Positions 26,236 to 39,495 of a stretch of DNA of 64,000 bases are shown piece by piece (within the stretch, counting starts at the first letter, position 1; every line of letters starts with the position of its first letter). Origin of the DNA: Octopus bimaculoides. Its lineage: Eukaryota. Location of the stretch: NCBI RefSeq assembly GCF_001194135.2, contig NC_068986.1:113529505-113593504 (forward strand), in the 5' to 3' direction. The position numbers and the translations under genes were made by a program. The notes under the pieces were generated by a model. It was not told where the DNA came from and did no database searches. It saw only the letters and a program-made list of their open reading frames with translations.

Positions 26236-28669
26236 GGAAATACTGAGCGACCCGTGAAACATATATTGATTGAATTGTTCCAGCTGTTGATAAACATAGG
26301 TATTATGAGATATTTGGGGTGAGATGTTATATGCGGTTTAGATTTCGGAAAATTATATATATATATATAATATNNNNNNNNNNNNNNNNNNNNNNNNNNN
26401 NNNNNNNNNNNNNNNNNNNNNNNNNNNNNNNNNNNNNNNNNNNNNNNNNNNNNNNNNNNNNNNNNNNNNNNNNNNNNNNNNNNNNNNNNNNNNNNNNNNN
26501 NNNNNNNNNNNNNNNNNNNNNNNNNNNNNNNNNNNNNNNNNNNNNNNNNNNNNNNNNNNNNNNNNNNNNNNNNNNNNNNNNNNNNNNNNNNNNNNNNNNN
26601 NNNNNNNNNNNNNNNNNNNNNNNNNNNNNNNNNNNNNNNNNNNNNNNNNNNNNNNNNNNNNNNNNNNNNNNNNNNNNNNNNNNNNNNNNNNNNNNNNNNN
26701 NNNNNNNNNNNNNNNNNNNNNNNNATATATATATATATATATATACACACACATATACATACACACACACACATATATATATATACAAGCATACATACAT
26801 ATATATGTATGTGTATATGTATATCTGCATATATATGTGTGTGTGTGTATATATACATCTGCATATATATATATATGTGTGTGTTTATGTATATCTGCAT
26901 ATATATGTGTGTATGTATGTATGTGTATGTGTATGTATGTATCTATTGTATGCATGTATGTGTGTATGTAAAATGTATGAGAAATCTTTTATAAGCTGTT
27001 GCGATGCGTGAAAACAATATAAAGCCTATTTGTACACAGCGAAAGATATCAAATTAAATATCTTGTCATGTTTACCCAACGTTAACGATATGCTATAGTC
27101 ACGTAAACAAACCTACATATTTTAGGTCTAACAAAAACATGAACAACGCCGCTTACCTGGATAATTTCTCATTTGATAACTTACATTAATGAACACAATT
27201 TGTAATACATACTTTACTTCAAGTTATTACTCTAAGAGACAAAATGTAAACGAGAAATTTGACAATATTTCCAATTTTTTCAGTCACGAGGCGTCGGGCT
27301 GGAGATTTTCGAGAATTCGATATCAGACATTCTGGCCTCGGGTTCTCGTCTAAGATTCTATGTATTATACCAGGAACTGCCGGTATCAACATTGAAGTCA
27401 TTTATTTGTCCGGACTCTCCGCTAAATTTCGATCAGGTCCTACATTGTTCACAAAATTTGAATTCATTTATTCTGGTTAGTAACAATTCATTTTAGACTT
27501 GCCTATGATGTCGCTCGTTCCATCTTCATAAGCATGTATTGCTTTAGTGAAAGGAAGCAATAAAAATATACAGAAATGAATCATTTGCGAAGCTATCTTC
27601 ATCAGGAAATGTTCGGTCGTAAGGCATTTATCGTCATAAGACCATTGATGGCAATAACAATATTAAACTCAACGTTGTACTTCCTTCGCCGAGTCTTCGA
27701 TACGGGATAGGTTTATAACACCTCTTCAGAAGTTCACATGTAATAACAGCTTCATTTTATCGTTTTGCTTTGGAGATGACTTTTGGGAAATTACAAGTTT
27801 TAGGATTCATTGTTTATTATTGTTTATTTATTGAGTCATTAGAATTTCTGGACAAAATGTTTCGTGACATTTCTTCCGGTTCTTTCTTTTAGTCAGTCTT
27901 CAAATTGCACTGAGATCGACTTTGCCTTTCGCTACTTTGAGATCGATAAAATAACTTCCAATCAAGTCGATGCAATCAATTTTCTCCTTACCTCAAAACT
28001 GCTGCCCTTCTGGACAAATATATTCTCCTCCATCATCTATTTATCATAGTTTCTCGTAGGAAAATCTTAGTCTGTCGTAGAAATGTAACACCGCGCCTTT
28101 GTCAAGTACTTAAAATTTTCTTTTTTTTTTTCTCTTTTCCACTTCTATATTTCGTCCAGTCATGTCTTCAGAATTCAGAGGCATTTCTTGCCACCGTACT
28201 ATCATGATATTTTGTAAACTTTTTTCCAAATAAGTTTTTATTTATTTATCTATTTATATATTTGTCTATTTATTAGCTATTTTCTCCTTCCATCTTCCAA
28301 ATTCTATGTGCTGACTTCCTTGAAGACAACAATTATTTTCAATAATGTTACTACTATTATTATTGTTGTTGTTGTTGCTTAAACTGTCTGTACCATCTGC
28401 TTTCCAGCGTAAAAATGTAGCCACCTATATGATACCTTAATTCATGAAGACACTTCACACAGTTTACCAAATCTTTTTGTCACCTATTAAAATTATAGCC
28501 GCTCCTGTGCCTCTAATAGTTACGATTCACCATTTTCTTTTTCACTCGTTGTCTATAAAACATTTCAACCATAAAAATCAAAACCTCCGCCATTTATTTT
28601 CTCTTATCTTCAAATTATTTCCCGACCAAATATTATAACTAACAGAATTTTAATACTATCTCGCACATT

Positions 28670-28865
28670 AAAGCAGCCACATGGCACAAGCGTTAGCACG
28701 CCGGGAAAAATGCTTAGCTGCCTTCCGTCTGCCTTTACGTTTTAAGTTCAAATCCTGAAAAGGTCGACTTTACATTTCATACCTTCGGGGTCGATAAAAT
28801 AAGTATTAGCTGAGCAATATGGTCAATGTAATACACTAGTCCCTCTCTCCACTCCCAATTGCTGG
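28670..28865 (+). mobile_element. SINE family B (a more decayed piece lies at ~27900-27990)
   Basis: GTTAGCACGCCGGGAAAAATGCTTAGC...AGTTCAAATCC...GGTCGACTTT.C.TTTCAT.C.TTCGGGGTCGATAAAATAAGTA. Confidence 0.85.
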
Positions 28866-30536
28866 CATTGTGACACCAATAGTCTCTTCTCGTGCCTCGG
28901 GTTCGACGGTCTTCAGGTGACACATTATCTAAAAGCTTAGTCCTGCCTGTTTGGGAAGGAATAGAAGAAAAGAAGCAATCGCTTGAAATATTTTGTTATG
29001 TGTAGATTACAGTTTCAGCGAGGAATGTCCTGCTGATAGGTCATTAACACCACTACTTCCTGATTCTACTACAGCTTAACTTTAACGGATGCTACATAAT
29101 GGAATTAAGAAATCGATATTTCATAACTATATCGTACATTTTATCTTTGGAAACACTTATCGGTTATTCCTTTGAAGTCGCTCTGTCACAAAGACGTCGG
29201 TGAGTATACAACGCACGAGATGTCAACCTTATGTCATATTAATATGATATTTCAAAACAAATTGTTACTTTCGTCTCTTTTATGTGTTAACCATTAGTAA
29301 AACTATATTTCTGGATAAGAAAAAATATCTGTCTTCTATAAATCGTTATGTTCATATTCTTCCTCTACTTTACTTTGACTAACTGCACTACAAGTTGATG
29401 TGTTTTTATTTGGGTCATTGACTTACTTTATAGCAGCAAACACAGGCCTCACTTCTCTTTTATCAATTTAAGAACATAAGCTATATATTTCTATTGACTT
29501 TCCTGATCTCATTGATTGAGGAAGACGTTCGTGTGTGTCTCATAGTCAATACATTCAGATGCAACCAGACAAAGATGCTATAAATGTTACAGTTTGTTTG
29601 ATGTTTTTACTGACTGTAAAATAACCAAAACTAAAATTTCGTTCAAGTCAAAGTTGAAACTTGTCAGAGAAAAGACTATTAAAACAAATTCATTTAAGTT
29701 GGATGGTCTTCATTAATTGTGTTATATAGTGGGAAATGGGAATGTAAAGAAAATATCAAGATAAATGAGACATGTCTCTATAGGTCTAAGATGTTTTTAG
29801 AAAATTGTGACAGATATCTGTCATGATTTCATGGGTTCATAAAGGCCGCTGTGAGTGAGTAAGAGAGCCGTCCAGAATATAGGTAGCTATCTAAGAACTC
29901 TTTCTAATAATGAGGAAAATTATTTTTAAAATGTAGTCGTAAATCGCACAATACACACTCAAACGGGTGGATTACATCTTTTTATGAACAAAATAATGCT
30001 AAAGTACTTAAAGGAAAATGGGAATAGGCAACATCTGAGAGAACGGAAGGATTGTTATTTCCAGTTAATTGGGTCTCGCCATTTTTAATGGATAGTAATC
30101 CAGTAAGATTGTGGCTGTTAAATAGAATATCAACATAAAAGAAGAGCCGTGTGTTTTAACACACGAACAACTGAAATATGGAAAATGATGCATCAGTAGA
30201 AGGTTTCTGATAAAAGTCACCAGGGAAACTTTTGTACTGTAACATATCAATACAAGAAAGAAATGTTGGTAAATGTTTCACTAGTTCCACATATAATGAA
30301 GAAATTAGCAGAACATTGCTGAAAAGATACTAAGATCAAAGAAAAAGAAAAAGTGAGCTACACTATTTTTCATTGATTCTGGATTGTATTTGGCATAAAC
30401 CAGGGACAAAGTATGGAACTTAATATACAACTGATTGTTTGTGAAAACAATCCACATTATATGGAACAGGTCCAAGCTCAAGTCACTCGCGGTTCTTTCT
30501 ATTGTTGTATTCCTATTATTTTTGCAAATATTTCAG

Positions 30537-30649
30537 AGGTAACAGCATATCCGCAACATTACGTAAAAAATATTATTCAAAGATTTGAAGCAGATACAAA
30601 ACCAAAGACAGTCCTTGAAATTATTGCCCGCCCTACGATCCCTAGCAAA
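30537..30649 (+). CDS. Candidate internal coding exon of an unidentified host gene (phase 1 to 0)
   Basis: Long pyrimidine tract ending TATTTCAG|, open frame (E)VTAYPQHYVKNIIQRFEADTKPKTVLEIIARPTIPSK, donor AAA|GTATGT. Unique sequence; no confident family match. Confidence 0.35.
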
Positions 30650-31414
30650 GTATGTGATTCATATTTCTGTTCATTTGTCTAATATTTGAGATTATCTATT
30701 GTGACTACATAGTTATAAACACGGTCATATATTTGTATATAAAACATAGAGGTTTCCACTCTAAAGAATTCCGTAATTAACAATGTCATTCTATTGCCTA
30801 GACAGGTTGGTGTGAACCAGCTAGAAGTACTTCACATGCTCGTTCAACACGCTAAAATGAGTACACACATATCCTTCAAACTAAACCCTGCCGTCTAAAA
30901 GGGTTCACGGCCACGTTACATGAAGTAATCCTAGAGACGACCAAAACGGACTGGTAAAGGCTGTAATATCTTTAACCACAAACCTATTTCCTCAAGACTT
31001 GTCCTGGGCAAAAATATCGGCATGCACTTTATCCTATCCGTTGATATATCAATGCTTGGAAAACCCTGGTCTTCATAAAAACTTCCTAGATAGAGGCCTC
31101 GTTTCTACTCACTGGAAGTACATTGCGTACAATTAAAATAATTTAAATGCGAGATGACTCAGTTTCCTAAAAGAGGCAGAATGATAATTTCCAACTTAAA
31201 ATATGCGGTGGCGTGATCTGCTAGAAACTGCACCCAACGAAACGAGTCAATAATTACTCTTTCCTTCAAACAATTACATGTTACACATTATTCAGTTGTT
31301 GATTTTGGTGATGGTTCGTACTATATCTGCCCCCCCCCCCCAAAGGAGTCGATTGTAATAAAGACTGTTCAGATTATTCAGAATATTCAGATTATTCCAT
31401 ATTTTTATAGGTAC

Positions 31415-31492
31415 AGGGTAGCAAGAGCTACATTGTACCTATAGGGTAGCAAGGGCTACATTGTACCTATAGGGTAGCAAGGGCTACATTGT
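31415..31492. repeat. 28-bp minisatellite, ~2.8 copies
   Basis: AGGGTAGCAAG(A/G)GCTACATTGTACCTAT at 31415-31442 and 31443-31470, partial copy at 31471-31492. Confidence 0.95.
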
Positions 31493-31561
31493 CCAATGTT
31501 CCCTTAATGAAAAACACTCCAGTATGATTCGAAAAAAAAAACTAACTTTCATTTCTATCGA

Positions 31562-31790
31562 GTCACGTGACCGTCCAGATGTTTCCTCGTCGTCTCAAGA
31601 CCATTCAGTAATGATTAATGACGTCACTGTCCCCGTGAGCGACAAAGAGGACGACTGTGTGGTCGGTTGGTTGGTTGGTTAATGGCTACTCTCTTCAACT
31701 TCGGTTGTCAATAGCAACGCTTCCTCTTGACTTATATGTATTTATATAAGGAGATTCTCTGAAACGTTCAGTTGAACAATTGTCGTAAGA
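31562..31790 (+). promoter_or_regulatory. Candidate Pol II core promoter (E-box, CRE, TATA, Inr)
   Basis: GTCACGTGAC 31562-31571; TGACGTCA 31619-31626; TATTTATATAAG 31739-31750; TCAGTT 31768-31773, which puts the first T of the TATA-like element 31 nt upstream of the Inr A. Confidence 0.35.
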
Positions 31791-32125
31791 CTGACTTGTA
31801 TACACATAACGTTGTCATTCTCTCTCTCAAACTAAATCATCTTGTCTCACAGACGTGATATAGAAATGAAGTTGGCATAGAAACAGGAATATAGTGCCAT
31901 TGAAGTATAATGAAAACGATATCATTTCTCATTGTTTCTCTTGGAAACAATGGTTCACATAATGAGAGGGAGAGAGAGAGAGAGAAACTTGATGCTATAC
32001 AACTATCTAATTATCTATCTATTGGAACGAAAACACACACACGCGGACACACAGGCGAACACACACTCACATACACTTATAAATACATACTCATACACAT
32101 GCGCGCACACCCACATATATGTATG

Positions 32126-32157
<32 letters not shown>

Positions 32158-32443
32158 NNNNNNNNNNNNNNNNNNNNNNNNNNNNNNNNNNNNNNNNNNN
32201 NNNNNNNNNNNNNNNNNNNNNNNNNNNNNNNNNNNNNNNNNNNNNNNNNNNNNNNNNNNNNNNNNNNNNNNNNNNNNNNNNNNNNNNNNNNNNNNNNNNN
32301 NNNNNNNNNNNNNNNNNNNNNNNNNNNNNNNNNNNNNNNNNNNNNNNNNNNNNNNNNNNNNNNNNNNNNNNNNNNNNNNNNNNNNNNNNNNNNNNNNNNN
32401 NNNNNNNNNNNNNNNNNNNNNNNNNNNNNNNNNNNNNNNNNNN

Positions 32444-32488
<45 letters not shown>

Positions 32489-32550
32489 CCATACATACAT
32501 GCATACATACATCCATACATACATACATACATACATACAGACAGACAGAC

Positions 32551-32602
<52 letters not shown>

Positions 32603-34420
32603 TGATAGATAGATATATGTTGTGTGTGTGTGTGTGTACCCTAGAAAATCCATAATTCATAGAAAAATATGCACTCATATATTTGTCATATTTGTCATTA
32701 GAAAGGGCATAATAATGGTGATGTACAGTATTATATATCCATTACAGCAGATCGCAGCAATCGGTTTCGCACTAGGAGTTCAACGGGGTGAAAATATGTT
32801 AAATAACAACACGATTATGTAAGCTTGCATTCTTCAGAGATAACAGTTATGCACGACAAGATGGTGACTTAATTTTTGGAGGTGGACGAGTACATCCTGT
32901 TTGTGGTTACTGGGGAAAAGTCGGCAATTCAGTAAAGTCATCACATTTTTTCTTGTACGACTGCTATCTCTAAAGGGCGCTATGTTGCATGAGTGGGCTG
33001 TTAACTAGCACCTCGTGGAACCTCTTGTGCAAAACCAATTGGTGAAACCGATTGGTATGATATTGTACAAATTCGATTGGGATACGCTTGATAATTGCAG
33101 TTCTACAAAGAAATAAAATGTGAATACAATGGCTGGAATATGTTCGATCAGTGTTCATCCATTCCCCTAATGGTTGTGTATAAACAGCAATATCTGTTAT
33201 TATAGGTTCTTCACGTAAAGGAATTCAGGTGAGGCAATGCAATGCACTTCGTCATAGGATTCAGCGCTTGGAGTAAAACTGATGCTGTTTATTTATGTGC
33301 AGTTTCAATGTTTGAAGTGAAACCATACAGATAAGACTCGATCCGCCGTTGCAGATTCGCAAATTTAAGGCAGTCTATTTGTGCGTTTGTTCTGCAGTAA
33401 ATACATTTTGAAATCTTAAACTCCAACCGTTAATGACTGTTTAAAGTCGAGAGCTTTATCTCGCGGCAAAATGTCGAAATACATGATTCCGCTGTGTTTG
33501 TTTTGATTTCGAGTTTAACAAGAAATGAAATAATTGCTGCCCTGTCAGCAGATACCTCAAATGTGATTTTTGATGTCTCTTGCACTTTTGAAGATAACAT
33601 CGGCGTTTGTGGTGCAGATAAGTGCAAACTAACCATTTTTAGCTGGAACTCACAATTTATTGCAATTTCTGTTAATAATCAAAGAAGGCAGCCAAATTGA
33701 ACTTTCCAGGAAGAAATGTAAATTAGTAAGCGGAGAATTTTAGAGCGAACTGCGGTGACGTTTGCATTCAATCTAGTGTCTGATCAAATTACAGCAACAA
33801 ATATTTAAATTATTTCGCAGGAAATGTATTGCACACGTAAGTATGAGTTCATTATTGTCTGATAGAAGATCGATGAAGTTTTGAGGCGTGTAACTCTAAT
33901 AGGATACGAAATGTTAATGAAAGTACTAAATCACCTGACAGCCATCAATAGCTGCCTGTCGAGACCAATAATGCCGGAAGTGAGCTACTCGAAGACTTGA
34001 GGCGCCATCTACCTGTAGCACTAATATTTCAAGTTGACATCTTTCTAACGAGTTCAGTAACACGCGATAATTCTGCTCTTGATATTAATAAATACACGGC
34101 CAGACTAAAACATATACACATACAAATCAGTATGTATGTATGTATGTATGTATGTATGTATGTATGTATGTATGTATGTATGCATGTAAGTATGTATGTA
34201 TGTATGTATGCCTATATGTATGTGTGTGTATGTACATGTGCGTATAGATCTGTAAGTTAGTATATATATANNNNNNNNNNNNNNNNNNNNNNNNNNNNNN
34301 NNNNNNNNNNNNNNNNNNNNNNNNNNNNNNNNNNNNNNNNNNNNNNNNNNNNNNNNNNNNNNNNNNNNNNNNNNNNNNNNNATATATAAATATTGTATTA
34401 GTGTGTATGTATACATTATA

Positions 34421-34456
<36 letters not shown>

Positions 34457-34913
34457 TGTATGTATGTATGTATGTATGTATATATGTATGGTGGCAAATA
34501 TAGAGAATGTGGAGCGATTGCGTCATTACATCTGCCATGTATAAACTTGATATTATGTTTCTTTTATAGCACTGCCTACTGACGACGAATCTATTATTAC
34601 ACCAATGGCCAGTGATAGTAGACATCTATCAACTGAATAAAGTATCCAATAACAAAAATATAGAATAAAAATTGAACTCCATAATGATTGATGTAAAATA
34701 TAACATGACCATTGGCTGGATATTGTATCAACAAATACATCAACAATTAGAAGTGTAGAGAGTGCGATAACAAAAAAGAAAGAAAGTCAAATACATTGTG
34801 CATTGAATGTCTCAACATGGGAATTATATGTACTAGAGATTGAAAGCACCGAATAACTGATGAAATAATATTGTTAATATTATCACGTTTCGAATTTTGC
34901 TCAATACAAATAG

Positions 34914-35041
34914 GTAAAGATGGCCGTTATTATAGAAAAAGATTATTAGTGGCGTATGGGGATAGTGGCCGAGTGCATTGGAAAGAATATTTGCCAGTGT
35001 TTCACTGTTTCATTAACATGTTTCATGAGAATGTTCGCATC
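34914..35041 (+). CDS. Candidate internal coding exon (phase 1 to 0)
   Basis: Acceptor ..CAAATAG|, open frame (G)KDGRYYRKRLLVAYGDSGRVHWKEYLPVFHCFINMFHENVRI, strong donor ATC|GTGAGT. No confident family match. Confidence 0.3.
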
Positions 35042-35266
35042 GTGAGTTCGCATCCGATCGAGGTCATCATAACTTTTCTGCCCATTGGGGGCTGTTAAAG
35101 GGAAGCATCAGTTAAGCATTATAATCAATTAAACCCCTTTCGTTAAATTTCATCTTACACTCGTATTACAAATACTTTCTTCTTCTTCTTCTTCAATCGT
35201 GTATATTATTATTATTCCTTCGTAACACAGTGTAAGTAAAAATGCACAAGAGTCTTTAGTCATATG

Positions 35267-36170
35267 TCAAGTCACAACAAGGATCTCAGACAGGTAATAC
35301 TTTCCTTCAGATGCCCAATAAGGCTGCTTTTTGCAAGACCTCAATTTTGCACGGATTTCCTGTTGCCTTAAGAAGTCCTCAAGTTTCAATGGGATTGAGC
35401 CCAACGCTCCGATCACCACTGGTATCACTTTTACATTACCTTCTCGCATTCTATACTGTCTTACTATTTTCACTTTTAATTCGGTGATTTTTTCAACCTC
35501 TTTACTCACAACATTCATGTCATTTGGTATGGCTACACCAATGATCTGATAGTATTTGTCTCTCTTATTCAATGTGACAATATCCGGCTGACGGTGTTTG
35601 ATTACACGATCCGTCTGAAAATCATAGTCCCAGAGTATCATTTCTTTTCCATCCTCCTGCATAACTTTACTTGGTACATGCTCGTACCAGTTCCCTGTTA
35701 CTTCATATTGGTATGTACGGCATAAGAGCCAATGAACGTACACACACACTTTATCGTGGCGGCTTTTTCTGCAAGGCTCTCACACCCACTTACCAAGTGG
35801 ATCACGTTTTCCTCACTCTTTCCACAGAGACTGCATTTCTGGGTGTCAAAGGTTTTATAGATGTTATACTTCACTAACTTCGTAGCGAGAGCCTGGTCTA
35901 GTGCAGCAATGACCAGGCTTTCGGTGGTACGCTTCAAATCATTTCGCTCAAACCATGCCCACAATTCTGTTTTATCCTCAACGTTTTGTGTATTCCTTTC
36001 AAACTGTCCGTGCATTCTCATTTCAAGAAGGTCTTCTTTTTTCTTCTCAGCTCTTTGCTTAAACTTTTCCTTGCCCATCATTTCATCTGCATTTACATCC
36101 ATATCTTTCGCGACATTTTTGCCCGTCATGCTCACGTTTTTGATCGACGTGCTCACGGTTTTGTCTAATA
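35267..36170 (-). mobile_element. R4/Dong-like RLE non-LTR retrotransposon 3' fragment (divergent subfamily)
   Basis: MHGQFERN..LKRTTESLVIAALDQALAT; zinc finger KCSLCGKSEENVIHLVSGC; ILWDYDFQTDRVIKHRQPDIV..VAIPNDMNVVSKEVEKI..VIPVVIGALGSIP (RLE). Frameshift near 35700-35750. Confidence 0.9.
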
Positions 36171-36214
36171 ATTAACATAATCCTTTCTACTATAGGCACA
36201 AGGCCTGGAATTTA

Positions 36215-36395
36215 TGGGGAGGGAAGATAGTCGATCACATCGACCCCAGTACTTGACTGGTAGTTAATTCATCGACTCCGAAAGAATGAACGGCGAAGTC
36301 GACCTCGGCGGAATTTGAACTCAGGATATGAAGACAGGCGAAATACCACTTAGCATTTTTCCCGGCGTGCTAACGATTCTACCAGCTCGCCGCCT
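36215..36395 (-). mobile_element. SINE family B
   Basis: ATCGACCCCAGTACTTGACTGGTA...GTCGACCTCGGCGGAATTTGAACTCAG...CCCGGCGTGCTAACGATTCTACCAGCTCGCCGCC is the reverse complement of 50802-50960. Confidence 0.92.
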
Positions 36396-36834
36396 TTAAT
36401 AATCTACATAATAAAAGAAAATCAGTGTTTTTATTAACGACTTAATTATAGTGGCCTGTTTTAATAAACAATCGCATCATCACCACCACCACTATCAAGT
36501 TTCATATTTATCGGAAAGAGGACGAATATTTCCACCTAGAGAAGAAATCAGAAAATAATGCAAATTATATCATTATATTATTTATACCATATATTGTATT
36601 ATATAACATTATATAGCATTATAGATTATATATTATGTTTTATTACATTATATTGTATTACATTTAAATATATTAATCTTTGAAAAGGAAAAAAAAAAGC
36701 CAGAAAGAGTTTATTCAATCTTTATCGCATTAAAGCATCTCTACGGGAGAAGAAAACATTACATTTCATTAAAAGAGAAGAATATAACTAATATAGACGT
36801 TGAGTTTATCTAAACACAAAAGGTAGTTGACGTG

Positions 36835-36975
36835 GAAGAAGAAGAAGAAGAAGAAGAAGAAGAAGAAGAAGAAGAAGAAGAAGAAGAAGAAGAAGAAGAA
36901 GAAGAAGAAGAAGAAGAAGAAGAAGAAGAAGAAGAAGAAGAAGAAGAAGAAGAAGAAGAAGAAGAAGAAGAAGAA
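36835..36975. repeat. Pure (GAA)n, ~47 units
   Basis: Uninterrupted trinucleotide run. Confidence 0.98.
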
Positions 36976-37325
36976 TGAACGCGGGGATTAGCGGTGTGCT
37001 GTCATTAGAATCGACATAAATCGCTTTACTCGTAGCTACAAGATTCACGCACTAATATTAACGTTGGCTTCCATGTTCCAACTGACACAATTTTCAGGTA
37101 GAAGAAAAACATGATTCTAACGTTCTCAGTTGCTCAATACCACTAATAATATACCATCAGATTCCTTAATCTTTTTTTCATTCCTTTTTCCCATTCCTTC
37201 TTTTTCGTAACTGTGTTTTCTTCTTCTTCTTCTTCTTCTTCTTCTTCTTCTTCTTCTTCTTCTTCTTCTTCTTCTTCTTCTTCTTCTTCTTCATCGACAT
37301 AATAACAATAATAATAATAATGATC

Positions 37326-37374
<49 letters not shown>

Positions 37375-37547
37375 TAATAATAATCTTCTTGCTCTTCTTC
37401 TACTACTGTTGCTGCTACTACTACTACTACTACTATTACTACTACTGCTACTACTCCTACACCTACTACTAACACTAATACTACTACTACTGTTACTAGT
37501 GTTGCTACAACTAGTACAACCAGCGAGCAGTTATTACGCTTGGTTTA

Positions 37548-37686
37548 ACCGGAAGTTCTTGATGAGTGCTGCGTCATCCAGGCAGACTCTTAAACCCACT
37601 TGAGCACACGTTCGTCAGTGAACCGGAAATTCGCCGTGACGTAAGACGACTTCACTAACTACCATTGGCTGCGCATTCTGACGCCA
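37548..37686. promoter_or_regulatory. CpG-rich cluster of housekeeping-promoter-type motifs
   Basis: CCGGAAGT 37548-37555 and CCGGAAAT 37623-37630 (ETS-type); TGCGTCA 37570-37576, TGACGTAA 37637-37644 and TGACGCCA 37679-37686 (CREB/ATF-type); ATTGG 37664-37668 (inverted CCAAT); TGCGCA 37670-37675. Confidence 0.45.
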
Positions 37687-38315
37687 CGATCATCGCAGCA
37701 CCATCCGTCATAGAATCTCTGTTCCCAACGCAATCAGTCGAACATAAGCATTCCGCTCACTAGAGAATGATTTTACCAAATATTTTTCGTTCCTTATTCT
37801 TGTATTTATTTTTATTAGTATCATCATCATTATTATTGTTGTTGTTCTTGTTGTTTATCATTATTATTTTTAGTAGTATTATATTTTTCTTTGTTATCTC
37901 GTCTCATCATCACCATCAATACGATCATCATCACCATCATCATCATCATCGTCATCGATAACATAATCACCATTAGCATTAGCCGTTTCGTCACCATGGT
38001 CGTGTACAAGAAGTCGGAGAGAGATAAAGAGACGGAGAGACGCTGTAGGCAAGAAACGGCTGAAAGAGTAGGAGTAGGTTAACAGGGAGATGGTGAAGGC
38101 TTCGGAAAGAGGAGGAGCAGGAGAAGGAGGAGGGGGAAGAGATGAAGTAGGTGGAGACAAGACAAAGTAAGAGATCAACCATGAAAAAAATAACAAAGGG
38201 AAGGAAATAAGATATATTAGAGAAAAGTTACAAACACACACACACATATACATACATGCATGCATGCATACATATGCACATACATGCTTGCACAACTTTC
38301 GTATGTATGTATGTG

Positions 38316-38324
<9 letters not shown>

Positions 38325-38349
<25 letters not shown>

Positions 38350-38596
38350 TATATACATACATATTCATATACGCATACATATATATTCACACATATATGT
38401 ATACACACGCACAAACATACATCGCCGTCTGTATGGCTTTCTGCGCACTCACGTACAAACACGAACACACACATGTGTATACATATATATATTTCCTTAC
38501 AAATGCTCACACACTCACACCTCTCTCTCTCTCTCTCTCACACACANNNNNNNNNNNNNNNNNNNNNNNNNNNNNNNNNNNNNNNNNNNNNNNNNN

Positions 38597-38631
<35 letters not shown>

Positions 38632-38870
38632 TGATATTTATGCATATATATGTATATATATATATATATACATATATACATACATATTCATATACGCATA
38701 CATATATATTCACACATATATGTATACACACGCACAAACATACATCGCCGTCTGTATGGCTTTCTGCGCACTCACGTACAAACACGAACACACACATGTG
38801 TATACATATATATATTTCCTTACAAATGCTCACACACTCACACCTCTCTCTCTCTCTCTCTCACACACAT
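38325..38870. repeat. ~220-bp direct duplication flanking an N gap (probable assembly artefact)
   Basis: ~38325-38546 is essentially identical to ~38650-38870, including the unique core CATCGCCGTCTGTATGGCTTTCTGCGCACTCACG. Confidence 0.85.
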
Positions 38871-39448
38871 ACACCCATGCACTCACTCACACACACACTA
38901 ACAAACACATTACAGAGCAGAAAGAAAACAGAAGAGAAGAGAAGAGCCAAAGTACACGTGAGAGTTCAACGTTAAGAGGATTATACATATTACACATTTT
39001 ACTGCATTTTTCAAATACTTTCAGTGGTTGTAAAAGTTTTAAAAATCAATGTATGGTAATGGGATTTTCTACCTTCTGAAATTCGATATCTGCGCTCATT
39101 GATACAAGTTGCTCTAACATTCTATATTACCAGTAATCTGCATGCTTAGTGGCGTGTTATGAAAAACTCTGACGAATGTGTTTGGGATATGAATATATTT
39201 AATGCGTCTAACTAAAATTTACGCTGATGCATTTCTCTGCAGATTTTGAGCATTTTAGACTTGTATGCGTATATGTGCTCTTGTCTGTACATTTATGCGT
39301 GTGTGCGTTTGTGTCTATGTTTGTGTGTGTTTGTGTGTGTGAATATGTATGCTCCAGTACGATTGTATATCTCTTTCCCCCCTCGTCTCTCTCTCTCTCA
39401 CTCATTCTCTGTTTTTATAGTATTCTCCTTAAAATCTACTTGTCTATA

Positions 39449-39495
<47 letters not shown>

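Noticed and set aside
31415-31492. CRISPR-like array
   Set aside because: Contiguous tandem units without unique spacers, fewer than three copies, eukaryotic context, no cas genes.
31910-31975. MKTISFLIVSLG as a signal peptide downstream of the TATA/Inr
   Set aside because: The hydrophobic stretch is short, an upstream ATG stops after four codons, and the frame runs into (AG)n without a donor.
33494-33700. MAM-domain-like SCTFEDNIGVCG
   Set aside because: Only the first few residues fit, the aromatic residue after CG is missing and the donor site is weak.
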